This document shows positions 1 to 8,089 of a stretch of 60,783 nucleotides of DNA, piece by piece (position 1 is the first letter of the stretch; each line of letters starts with the position of its first letter). Made by a program: the position numbers and the translations under genes. The stretch lies in the IMG/VR virus record IMGVR_UViG_3300042922_000610, positions 1 through 60,783 of that record. One strand, given 5' to 3'. The DNA is from a virus. Taxonomy: Duplodnaviria > Caudoviricetes. The notes beneath the pieces are model-generated. The model was not told the origin of the DNA. It saw nothing but the letters and a program-made list of their open reading frames with translations, and searched no databases.

Positions 1-33
1 GCCCCTATCCCTAACCGGATAGGGGCTTTTTTT
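1..33 (+). terminator. Intrinsic terminator after lysis cassette
   Basis: GCCCCTATCC-ctaacc-GGATAGGGGC followed by T7. Confidence 0.85.
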
Positions 34-42
34 GTTTGCGCC

Positions 43-71
43 TTGACAAATTTGTAAAAACAGACTAATGT
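43..71 (+). promoter_or_regulatory. Sigma70-type promoter with ACAAATTTGT palindrome overlapping -35
   Basis: TTGACA-17-TAATGT; TTGACAAATTTGTA recurs at 1546, 25808, 25950, 34287. Confidence 0.75.
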
Positions 72-100
72 TTTTGTCCTTTTATCTTCGGGTTGGCTCC

Positions 101-937
101 ATGAAATTTACAAAACAGCGAGGCGGCGCACCGGTCGCCGCGAACGATAACAGCGAGTTTCGTTTCTACGTTTATGCGTGGCTCCATCCAGACGGCCGTC
201 CCTTCTATGTCGGGAAAGGCAGTGGTCGGCGCGACACGCAACCTAAAAGCGGCAACCGTATCTTCAATGGCACTGTCGCGAAAATACGCAAAGAAGGCGG
301 CGAGCCTACAGTTGTTCGCTGGCATGAGGGACTGCGCGAGGTGGATGCTCACCGCCTGGAGGTGGCGTATATCAAACTATTTGGCCGGAGGAACAACAGT
401 ACGGGTGTATTGGCAAATCTTACGGACGGCGGTGAGGGATCGAGCGGAGCTGTTGTTGGAAGTGAAACGCGAGCCAAGATGAGTTCCGCCCAACTGGGCC
501 GGACGCACAGCCCAGAAACTCGCGCCAAGATCGGTGAGGCGAATAGCCGTAGGACGCAAACCCCAGAGACTAGGGCAAAGATCAGCGAAGCGAGACGCGG
601 ATAGAGGAATTCTAATTTTGGCAAGCCGATTAGTCCGGAACTTCGCTTGAGGATTATTGAGTCGAATCGGACTAGGGAAGTTAGCGAGGAAACGCGAGCC
701 AAGATTAGCGAAGCTAACCGCATGGCACCGCCTAGAAACGAGTTCAAGGGCGTTCGAGCGTTCCACAATAAATGGCGCGCATCCGTTACTGTCGACGGAG
801 AGCACCGCCACTTAGGCACCTACTCTACGCCTGAAGAAGCCGCTCGCGCCTATGACAGGGCAGCCATTGAGGCATGGGGGCTCGGCAATTGCTACCTGAA
901 TTTCGGCATGACCGAAGTTAACGCCAGCCGCGCATAA
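101..937 (+). pseudogene. GIY-YIG-like homing endonuclease with NUMOD3 repeats and C-terminal AP2 domain, interrupted by one in-frame TAG (602-604)
   Basis: FYVY..PFYVGKG..R motif, repeated (S/P)ETRAK(I/M)S, LGTYSTPEEAARAYD; ORFs 68-604 and 647-937 share a frame: ARRG*RNSNFGKP. Confidence 0.8.
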
Positions 938-948
938 CGTGGCGAACC

Positions 949-1188
949 TTAATCGGTTGCGGGCCTTTTTTTATTGCTCGCTTTCGGGCGTGGCGGATTG
1001 TCGTATATTTTTTTGAACCTTGGACGCGGCTCTTTCGGGGCTGGCGTCACCTCCTCCAGACATTTTTCGTGCAGCGTGACTGGATATTCGTAGCCGCGAA
1101 TCCAGATGGTCACGAAGCCATTCGTACCGATGCGCGACACCTCACCCTCGACTTTGACGCGGTCGCCCTTCGCAATCTTCCTCGGCAT
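949..1188 (-). CDS. Small hypothetical protein (KOW/SH3-like)
   Basis: GGAGGAGG RBS upstream; KGDRVKVEGEV. Confidence 0.7.
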   Translation of the reverse strand: MPRKIAKGDRVKVEGEVSRIGTNGFVTIWIRGYEYPVTLHEKCLEEVTPAPKEPRPRFKKIYDNPPRPKASNKKRPATD

Positions 1189-1229
1189 GTTCCTCCTCCG
1201 TTTTCACGACTATAACGCACGAGCCTATT

Positions 1230-1244
1230 GTTCTTGATTTGTTC
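1230..1244. promoter_or_regulatory. Alphaproteobacterial LexA (SOS) box
   Basis: GTTC-TTGATTT-GTTC = GTTC-N7-GTTC, between divergent genes. Confidence 0.75.
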
Positions 1245-1263
1245 ATGCAATAATTAGCCTATC

Positions 1264-1530
1264 ATGGTAGAAACGATCGGCGAGGCATTCAGTCTAGGTT
1301 GGAAGCTGACAGCGCGGTGCGCCTACGGCACCCGCGAAGGCTTGAAGTCGGTGCGGCGGTGCACGTGGACCTACGATCTCGACATGCTCACGCTCGTGTC
1401 GACGCGCGGGCGCGACTTTCCTCTGGCTCTTTTGGCCAGCCGCTTGCGCTGTCCGCGGTGCGGCTCGCGTTCGGTTTCCGTGGTGTTCATTCCGCCAGGC
1501 GAGAACGATAGGCGGCGCGGGGCTGCGTAG
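1264..1530 (+). CDS. Small Zn-ribbon protein, probably SOS regulated
   Basis: C..C...RLRCPRCGSR; LexA box just upstream. Confidence 0.75.
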   Translation: MVETIGEAFSLGWKLTARCAYGTREGLKSVRRCTWTYDLDMLTLVSTRGRDFPLALLASRLRCPRCGSRSVSVVFIPPGENDRRRGAA

Positions 1531-1545
1531 CGTCGATAATAAACC

Positions 1546-1574
1546 TTGACAAATTTGTAGAACTGACATAAGGT
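1546..1574 (+). promoter_or_regulatory. Promoter with ACAAATTTGT palindrome
   Basis: TTGACA-17-TAAGGT. Confidence 0.7.
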
Positions 1575-1639
1575 GCAGATACCACATCCGCACGGCTACC
1601 AACCATGCGGCACCACCACCACAGCAAGAGGAGACCGGC

Positions 1640-2281
1640 ATGAGAAGATACCTATACGCCTTCCTCGCATTCATCGTTTTTGCCGCCACTGCGGCATACT
1701 CCACCAACGCCGGAAGCGTTGCTCCGCCGGCGGCAAACTCCGTCGTCAAGATCCAACGTCCAGACAGCCACGGCTCCGGCGTTCACATCGGCAACGGCTC
1801 GTTTCTGACAGCTTGGCACGTCGTCAAGGACGCAAAAACCGTGTCGATCAAGACCAGCGACGGCAAGACCGTCGGCGCGAAAGTGCTCTGGTTCGCTGAG
1901 GAATACGACATCGCCATGCTGAGCGCTGACGGCGCCGGTATCTCTTCCTCTCCGCTTACCTGCCGTGCCGCCAATGACGACGAGCCTATCGTGGCGAAGG
2001 GCAATCCGCTCGCGCTCGAGTTCGTTTCCGCATACGGCCACATCAGCGGCAAGGCCCGAAAGACGGGGCCGTGGGCGTCCGTCTATATCACCGACATCAC
2101 GACAGTTATGGGGATGTCAGGTGGCGGCGTCTTTGACGCTGCTGGCAACGTGCTCGGCATCAACGTCGGCGTTGCGGCCGCACCGATGAAGGTCAGCGGT
2201 GGATGGGTGCCGTCGATTACGGGATTCGGCATGGTCGTGCCGTCGGCTGACGTGTGCAAGTTGCTGGCGAGGGCGGCATGA
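1640..2281 (+). CDS. Secreted trypsin-like (S1) serine protease
   Basis: Signal peptide, GSGV..LTAWHVV, YDIAML, GMSGGGVF. Confidence 0.85.
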   Translation: MRRYLYAFLAFIVFAATAAYSTNAGSVAPPAANSVVKIQRPDSHGSGVHIGNGSFLTAWHVVKDAKTVSIKTSDGKTVGAKVLWFAEEYDIAMLSADGAGISSSPLTCRAANDDEPIVAKGNPLALEFVSAYGHISGKARKTGPWASVYITDITTVMGMSGGGVFDAAGNVLGINVGVAAAPMKVSGGWVPSITGFGMVVPSADVCKLLARAA

Positions 2282-2700
2282 ACACCACCCTCGCCAAACT
2301 CACCATCCTCAACACCTGCTGGGCCGCACTCGTCGTCTGGGCATCGTTCATGGGGTATGTCACGTTCGTTTTCGAACATGATATCTCCCGCCTCAGCTAC
2401 GTCATCACGGCAGTCTTTGCCGCAGCTCTTCTGGCCGCATTCGCGGGCCGCACGGCGCACCTTCACCGAACCGAAGTCTGGCTCGTGACGCTCGGCCTGA
2501 TCGGCAACGTCATCGGCTTCATCATCGCCTTACAGGAGATCGACACAGGCTCGCTCGGCACGGCGGACGGCGTGCAGCGCGTTGCCGCCAGCTTGTTGGC
2601 TGGCATGGGCGTCGCGTTCTGCTCGACGCTAGTGGGCGCTGTGGCCGCACTCTGGACGTCCACGGTTGCGTGGGTGCTCGGCGTTGAGGAGGTGGCGTGA
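2278..2700 (+). CDS. MotA/TolQ/ExbB-like membrane channel subunit
   Basis: Four hydrophobic segments; TLGLIGNVIGFI and AGMGVAFCSTLVG resemble family motifs. Confidence 0.7.
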   Translation: MNTTLAKLTILNTCWAALVVWASFMGYVTFVFEHDISRLSYVITAVFAAALLAAFAGRTAHLHRTEVWLVTLGLIGNVIGFIIALQEIDTGSLGTADGVQRVAASLLAGMGVAFCSTLVGAVAALWTSTVAWVLGVEEVA

Positions 2701-2900
2701 TGCTGCATTACTACCTCTTCAGTTTCGCCCTGAGTGACGGCGGCTTTGCCCGCGTCACCATGGGATGGGATGATCTGCCTGTAACGGAGAGCAAACTCAG
2801 GGAAGCGCGCGATGCCGCCATCGGGCATAAAAACGCTTCGGCATGCCCGCTAGCGGTCAGCTACCTTGGCTGCATGACGCCTTCGCAGGCCACGTCATGA
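2697..2900 (+). CDS. Hypothetical protein
   Basis: Coupled stop/start junctions on both sides. Confidence 0.6.
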   Translation: MMLHYYLFSFALSDGGFARVTMGWDDLPVTESKLREARDAAIGHKNASACPLAVSYLGCMTPSQATS

Positions 2901-3445
2901 ACGGCGTCCTCTTTCGTGACCTGCTCATGAACATGCTGTTGGGCTTGGTGGCGATCGTCGTCATCACGCTCTCGAGCATCAACCCCAAAGCCGAAGCCGC
3001 CGACCCCATCGACCCGCCGGGCAACCTCGTCGCGTCAATAGCATGGCCAGCAGGATCGATCGACGTCGATCTCTGGGTCGGCCACAGCGACGAGGCGGTC
3101 GGTTTTCGCTTCAAGAGCGGAAAGGTCTGGTCCTTGCTGAGGGACGATCTCGGTATCGCGAACGACAGCACGTCTTTGAACTTCGAATCCGCATTCACGC
3201 GAGGCCTGCCAGACGGCGAATACGTCATCAACGTTCGCTGTTACGGCTGCGCCGGCAAGGTGCCGGTTCCCGTCAATGTCGAGGTGCGGCTAGCCGAGGG
3301 AGGCATGATTTACCGCGATGTCATCGAGCTCGTCGCCGATAAGCAGGAGCGCACAGCCGTTCGGTTTCGGATGCGCGACGGCAAGGTCGTCGCGGGTTCG
3401 GAGTCGAGTGTTTTGAAGATGTTGAGCAATAAGGGGGAGAAGTGA
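2897..3445 (+). CDS. MotB/ExbD-like single-TM protein with periplasmic beta domain
   Basis: FRDLLMNMLLG TM segment with Asp; W..DVDLWV..RDDLG..GEYVINV (YfaP/DUF2135-like). Confidence 0.6.
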   Translation: MNGVLFRDLLMNMLLGLVAIVVITLSSINPKAEAADPIDPPGNLVASIAWPAGSIDVDLWVGHSDEAVGFRFKSGKVWSLLRDDLGIANDSTSLNFESAFTRGLPDGEYVINVRCYGCAGKVPVPVNVEVRLAEGGMIYRDVIELVADKQERTAVRFRMRDGKVVAGSESSVLKMLSNKGEK

Positions 3446-3657
3446 TGGCACACATAAAAATAGAGTGGCTGACCGATTACAGCGATTGCGAGACGTGCGG
3501 CGGCAACTACGCAGATGGCGCACGCGTCACAATAGACGGCGCCGTTGCTCTCGACCTTGAGCCAGTCGCGCATTGCTACGGCGGCCAGCATTACGGCGAG
3601 CGCGACGTGTTCAAGCGCGTTCTCGAACATCTTGGCCATACGGTGGAGGTGGAGTGA
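3442..3657 (+). CDS. Hypothetical protein with CxxC
   Basis: DCETCG; coupled to neighbours. Confidence 0.65.
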   Translation: MMAHIKIEWLTDYSDCETCGGNYADGARVTIDGAVALDLEPVAHCYGGQHYGERDVFKRVLEHLGHTVEVE

Positions 3658-3827
3658 TGGAAGTCACCAATAGATTTATCGCTGGCGCAGCGCTCGGCTC
3701 CATTCTTACAGCGGCTGCTGGAGCGGTGGCCGCGTCATTCGGAATGGGTTCGGTAAATGGCATTGTGGTGGCGGCCTTCGTCGGAGTCGTTGCTGGCGCG
3801 GCTAGCGTTGTCGGTGGTGCCATATGA
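3657..3827 (+). CDS. Small Gly/Ala-rich membrane protein
   Basis: TGATG junction; two hydrophobic segments. Confidence 0.6.
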   Translation: MEVTNRFIAGAALGSILTAAAGAVAASFGMGSVNGIVVAAFVGVVAGAASVVGGAI

Positions 3828-4255
3828 CCCCCGCCATCACACTCTGGCTAGCCTTCGTGCTAGCGGCCGGCACCATCTGCTGGTTCGCACCGCGCACCGC
3901 GTATCCCTTCGTGATCGTCGCTGCCCTCTGCCTGCCGGCAAGCTTCACGACGCTCGGCCACGCAACGCCATACGCGCCGCCACCCGGCCACTACACGGTC
4001 CTCGGTGCGCGCATCGACGTTGACGTTGCCATCTGGGTGCTGCTCGACGACGGGCAGGGCGGAGCGCCGCGGTACTACAAGCTGCCCTATTCGACCGCCA
4101 CGGCAAACAAACTGCAGAAGGCGCAGGACATGGCCGTGGGCAACGGCGGCACGGTTGGTGCGCAGATCGGCGAAGACGGCTCGCCAGGCTTCGCCGAAGA
4201 AGGCGGGCAGTCGGAAGAACCGAAGCAGGTTGAAACGCCGATGTTAGCGCCATGA
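3824..4255 (+). CDS. Two-TM membrane protein
   Basis: N-terminal TMs, then AIWVLL..PRYYKLPYS. Confidence 0.7.
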   Translation: MTPAITLWLAFVLAAGTICWFAPRTAYPFVIVAALCLPASFTTLGHATPYAPPPGHYTVLGARIDVDVAIWVLLDDGQGGAPRYYKLPYSTATANKLQKAQDMAVGNGGTVGAQIGEDGSPGFAEEGGQSEEPKQVETPMLAP

Positions 4256-4368
4256 CAGAGCTCGGCTGGCAATTCTTGGAAATAGCGATATGGGCGACGC
4301 TGGGCTTCGGCGTCATCTGCGGCGTCTGCGCCTACGGGCTTTATCGGCTTGGGCCGGAGGAGGATTGA
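4252..4368 (+). CDS. 38-aa single-TM peptide (not in ORF track)
   Basis: ATGA overlap; MTELGWQFLEIAIWATLGFGVICGVCAYGLYRLGPEED. Confidence 0.55.
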   Translation: MTELGWQFLEIAIWATLGFGVICGVCAYGLYRLGPEED

Positions 4369-4371
4369 GGG

Positions 4372-4737
4372 ATGGTAAGACACGGTGAAGCACCATTTCT
4401 GGAATGCAGCAGCAGAGGCGACCGACGGTTCTCCGCATTCTACGCACGCATACGCTCGCGTGAAAACAGGAGCATTGAAGACATCTATCAGGCGGCCAAG
4501 GTCTTCGAGGACGGCAAAACCGGCCTTGACTGGCTATCCGCAAAAGGCAAGCGGGCCGTGAACATGGACGAGGTGCGGGCTCTGTATTCGCGCCTTTGGG
4601 ATGAGTACATCGGCGAAAATCCTGCGCTTCTCAGCGTCATTCGGGCCGCATCCGGCCTCTCCGATGTGTTCGGTCAGGCAGGCAATGCGTGCCAAGCGAC
4701 TGAGCTTTGGCGGATTCGAAATATGGAGCAAGCATGA
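4372..4737 (+). CDS. NADAR-like protein (resembles DarT1-associated NADAR antitoxins)
   Basis: LECSS..FSAFY..SIEDIYQAAKVFE motif. Confidence 0.55.
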   Translation: MVRHGEAPFLECSSRGDRRFSAFYARIRSRENRSIEDIYQAAKVFEDGKTGLDWLSAKGKRAVNMDEVRALYSRLWDEYIGENPALLSVIRAASGLSDVFGQAGNACQATELWRIRNMEQA

Positions 4738-6005
4738 CCACCCTCACACAAGAAGAACTTCTCCGCAGAGCGGACGCCTACCGCGAGCACGGCAGCTATA
4801 AGAAGGCCGCCAAGGCGCTCGGCATCGGCAAGTCCGCCCTGCAGGAGTGCCTGACCAAGGCGGCTGAGCAAGGCAGGCTCGGAACGGATCCGGTACTTCC
4901 TGGCTATGCCATAAAGAGCATCGCCAGCAAGACGGCCGATGGCGCATGGGTGAAGCAGACGAAGGCGGCGGGCGAAGTGTTCGAAATGCCGGAAGGGTTT
5001 GCCCACAAGCGCATTTCCAACCTTTCGGACGGGCAGGGCCGCACGATCGCGCGCTGGGATATCGTCGAGAAAGACAAGGAGCAGCAACTTGCTGCCATGA
5101 AGGCGGCTGTCGAGGCGTTCAAGGACGAACTGCCGCGCGAGGCACCTGTGGCTCGGATTGCCCGCGCCAACGTCGACCTTCTGAACTTCTATGCCCTGAC
5201 CGATGCGCACTTTGGAGCGCTGTCATGGGCTGAAGAAACGGGAGCGGACTGGGACTTGGGCATCGCCGAAAACTGCGTCACCGACTGGTTCGCTGCCGCC
5301 ATCGACCTTGCTCCCGCGGCATTCACCGGCGTCCTGGCGCAGATGGGCGACCTGGCACACTACGACGGCATGGAGAGCAAGACGCCGACGAGCGGCCACA
5401 TCCTTGACGCCGATAGCAGGTTCCAGAAGGTGGTGCGCGTCATTATCCGCACCTTGCGCCGCATCGTCCGCATGATGCTCGAGAAGCACGAGCGCGTGCA
5501 CATTATCATGGCCGACGCTAACCACGATCCGGCGAGCGGGGCCTGGCTGCGCGAAATGTTCGCGGCGTTCTATGAGGATGAGCCGCGCGTGACCGTCGAT
5601 AGCTCGGCCAGCACCTACTACGTTGTCGAGCACGGCAAGACGTCGCTCTTCGTGCATCACGGCCATCGCCGGAATGTCGGCAACGTCGATTCTGTGTTCG
5701 CCGGCAAGTTCCGCGACATCTACGGTCGCACGCAGTTCTCATATGCCCACCTCGGGCACCTTCACAGCGACGAACTTAAAACCACCAACCTCATGAAGGT
5801 GGAGAGGCATGAAACGCTCGCTGCTCCTGACGCCTACGCTGCGAACGGCGGTTGGCTGTCTGGTCGGTCTGCGAAGGTCATCACATATTCGGCGCGCCAC
5901 GGCGAGGTGTCACGCCTGACGCTTTCGCCGCAGATGGTCGATGGCTGGTCTGGCCGGAAGGCTGCGAATGACAACGTGCCGGCGGCTGAGAGGAGGGCAG
6001 CGTGA
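4734..6005 (+). CDS. HTH + calcineurin-like metallophosphoesterase
   Basis: N-terminal AAKALGIGKSAL; TDAHFG, GDLAHYD, ANHD, HHGH, GHLH. Confidence 0.8.
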   Translation: MTTLTQEELLRRADAYREHGSYKKAAKALGIGKSALQECLTKAAEQGRLGTDPVLPGYAIKSIASKTADGAWVKQTKAAGEVFEMPEGFAHKRISNLSDGQGRTIARWDIVEKDKEQQLAAMKAAVEAFKDELPREAPVARIARANVDLLNFYALTDAHFGALSWAEETGADWDLGIAENCVTDWFAAAIDLAPAAFTGVLAQMGDLAHYDGMESKTPTSGHILDADSRFQKVVRVIIRTLRRIVRMMLEKHERVHIIMADANHDPASGAWLREMFAAFYEDEPRVTVDSSASTYYVVEHGKTSLFVHHGHRRNVGNVDSVFAGKFRDIYGRTQFSYAHLGHLHSDELKTTNLMKVERHETLAAPDAYAANGGWLSGRSAKVITYSARHGEVSRLTLSPQMVDGWSGRKAANDNVPAAERRAA

Positions 6006-6190
6006 TCGATGTTCCTGCATACTACATGCCCATGCCCGTTGATGCTGACGGCAATGGGCCTGCGGATGAGTACGACACCGTCTCCACAATCCATCAGGTT
6101 TGGGACGCAAACTGCTTCACCGTTTGCGAAGCGCCTACCGAAGAGCTGGCGCGAATGATTGCCGAGTGCATCAACAAGCACTCCGCTTAA
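6002..6190 (+). CDS. Hypothetical protein
   Basis: GTGA overlap with upstream gene. Confidence 0.6.
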   Translation: MIDVPAYYMPMPVDADGNGPADEYDTVSTIHQVWDANCFTVCEAPTEELARMIAECINKHSA

Positions 6191-6248
6191 CCACCACCCT
6201 GCTGCCGGCCACCAACCGGCAGCAATCACCACGAAAGAGGAGACTTTC

Positions 6249-6461
6249 ATGAATTACGGACAGGCCATTGAGGCCATGAAGAGAGGCGGAACGGCGTGGC
6301 GAGACAGTGCGCCAGACGCGATCGTGTTTATAGCGCATCACGGCACCCCGCTGGAATATATGTCGAAGATCACGCCGGATGGACAAGCCGTATTCCAGCC
6401 GACGACGAGGGACCAACTTGCCGAAGACTGGCTCGTCTCCGACGCGGATGAGGTGGCGTGA
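6249..6461 (+). CDS. DUF2829 / Tad2-like (Thoeris anti-defence sponge family) protein
   Basis: MNYGQAIEAMKRG...DQLAEDW signature. Confidence 0.65.
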   Translation: MNYGQAIEAMKRGGTAWRDSAPDAIVFIAHHGTPLEYMSKITPDGQAVFQPTTRDQLAEDWLVSDADEVA

Positions 6462-6940
6462 TGGTCACGCAGGAACGGTTAAAAGAACTCCTGCACTACA
6501 ATCCCGATACGGGAGTGTTCACGCGACGGGTGTCAGTCGCGCGCGGAGGCAAGGCCGGCGACACCGTGGGCACGGTCCAAAAGAAGGGGTATGTCGTCAT
6601 CAAAATTGACGGCAAGGTGTACTACGCGCACCGCCTTGCATGGCTCTATATGACTGGCGAGTGGCCCGCCAATGAGATCGACCACAAAAACTTGGATAAA
6701 TCATTCAATGCTTGGGGCAATCTCCGGGAGGCTACCAGTTCGCAAAATGCAGCCAACCGGCTTGGGTGGAGCGCGACGGGCTTTAAGGGCGTAGCTAAGA
6801 GCGGCAGCGGGTACAGGGCGGAAATCCAGGTTAATGGCAAGCGCCGCAATTTGGGGTCTTTCCGCACACCAGAGGAGGCACACGCTGCGTACGTCGAGGC
6901 AGCAAATAACAACTTCGGAAAATTTGCGAGGGCCTCATGA
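6458..6940 (+). CDS. HNH homing endonuclease with AP2 domain
   Basis: YAHRLAWLY..EIDHKN..N..NLR..N; LGSFRTPEEAHAAY. Confidence 0.9.
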   Translation: MMVTQERLKELLHYNPDTGVFTRRVSVARGGKAGDTVGTVQKKGYVVIKIDGKVYYAHRLAWLYMTGEWPANEIDHKNLDKSFNAWGNLREATSSQNAANRLGWSATGFKGVAKSGSGYRAEIQVNGKRRNLGSFRTPEEAHAAYVEAANNNFGKFARAS

Positions 6941-7494
6941 ATACGCACGTACGTCACGGCGACTTCATGCAGGTTGCTTCCGGGCGCAAGTTCTGGCCGC
7001 TAGATCCGCGACCCGAAGAAGTCTTCATTGAGGACATCGCGCACAGCCTCTCGATGCAATGCCGATACGCGGGCCATTGCGAGCGCTTCTACTCGGTTGC
7101 TGAGCATTCTGTGCACCTCGCCCGTCATCTGCGCTGGGAGGGCGTAGAGGTGGCGCTGTGGGCGCTGCTTCACGACGCCAGCGAAGCGTACCTCGTCGAC
7201 GTGCCGCGACCAGTGAAGCCATTCCTCGTCGGCTACAAGGACGCGGAGCGGCAGGTTATGGCGGCCATAACTCGCCGCTTCGACATGCAGGAGGAAATGC
7301 CCGCGGTCGTTCACGACGCTGACAATCGAATAATAGGCGACGAGCTCGTCAATATGGCGCCCATGGAATGGCACGCGCGCTACGACGACCCGCTCGGCGT
7401 CAATATCCGGTGCTGGTATCCGTGGCAGGCGAAGGAAGAATTTCTCGCAACTTTCGAGGCGCTGATGGATTGCAGGGCGAGGGGGATGGAGTGA
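6937..7494 (+). CDS. HD-domain phosphohydrolase (YfdR-like 5'-deoxynucleotidase)
   Basis: DIAHSLS..CRYAGH..YSVAEHS..LLHDASEAY..D. Confidence 0.85.
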   Translation: MNTHVRHGDFMQVASGRKFWPLDPRPEEVFIEDIAHSLSMQCRYAGHCERFYSVAEHSVHLARHLRWEGVEVALWALLHDASEAYLVDVPRPVKPFLVGYKDAERQVMAAITRRFDMQEEMPAVVHDADNRIIGDELVNMAPMEWHARYDDPLGVNIRCWYPWQAKEEFLATFEALMDCRARGME

Positions 7495-7706
7495 TGGCTG
7501 ATTTCACGACCGACGTAATTCGCAAAATCTGGAACGACAACACCGGCACGTCGTACACGGTGCGGCCCGATTCGGATGGGCTAGATCTTGTGCAGTTGGA
7601 CTGCGAGGAACTGTCATCCTTTATGATCTTCCATCCTGCGGAGGCAAGGAAGGTTGCGGACGCTCTTGCCGCCTGCGCCGACGAAATGGAGGCTCGCAAG
7701 TCATGA
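7494..7706 (+). CDS. Hypothetical protein
   Basis: TGATG junction, RBS. Confidence 0.6.
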   Translation: MADFTTDVIRKIWNDNTGTSYTVRPDSDGLDLVQLDCEELSSFMIFHPAEARKVADALAACADEMEARKS

Positions 7707-8089
7707 ACCAGTTTTATGTTGGTCAAGAGGTTGTCTGCATCGATGACAAGGTGCCGCTTGAGGGAGGCGCCATCGTCAAGGACGCCGCAATCACCGAGGG
7801 CCAGGTCTATCGCATAAGGTGGGTGGGCATGGCCTCGCACTACGTCTTCGGCGACTATCTCGGCGTGAAGCTTGAAGGCGTCGACAGCAAGTTCGGCGAG
7901 GCGTGGGGCGTGAAAGATGCGCCGTTTGCGGCTCGTCGGTTTCGGCCGCTGGTCAATGATCCAATCGCGATCTTTCGGCAAATCGCCGCGGATCCGCATG
8001 GCTACAAGGTGACTGGGCCGGAAGGGCCGCTGCATCCAGATGGGCCGCTGCCTGACGACGTTCGCGAGAAAGAAGAGGAGAAGGTATGA
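7703..8089 (+). CDS. Hypothetical phage protein
   Basis: FYVGQEVVCIDD...ARRFRPL; coupled. Confidence 0.7.
   Translation: MNQFYVGQEVVCIDDKVPLEGGAIVKDAAITEGQVYRIRWVGMASHYVFGDYLGVKLEGVDSKFGEAWGVKDAPFAARRFRPLVNDPIAIFRQIAADPHGYKVTGPEGPLHPDGPLPDDVREKEEEKV

Larger units (their letters stand above)
1..127. repeat. 127-bp terminal direct repeat (copy 1); circular assembly overlap
   Basis: Identical to 60657-60783; 127 is a common assembler k-mer length. Confidence 0.95.

Noticed and set aside
602-604. Genome-wide TAG recoding
   Set aside because: TAG ends normal genes (1530, terS 38289, terL 40198) and no suppressor tRNA was seen.
2270-2281. C-terminal AA/VA alone as proof of degrons
   Set aside because: Many such ends coincide with GAGGNGGC(A/G)TGA RBS plus stop/start overlaps, which can create AA or VA by themselves; only the ANDN enrichment is treated as strong evidence.
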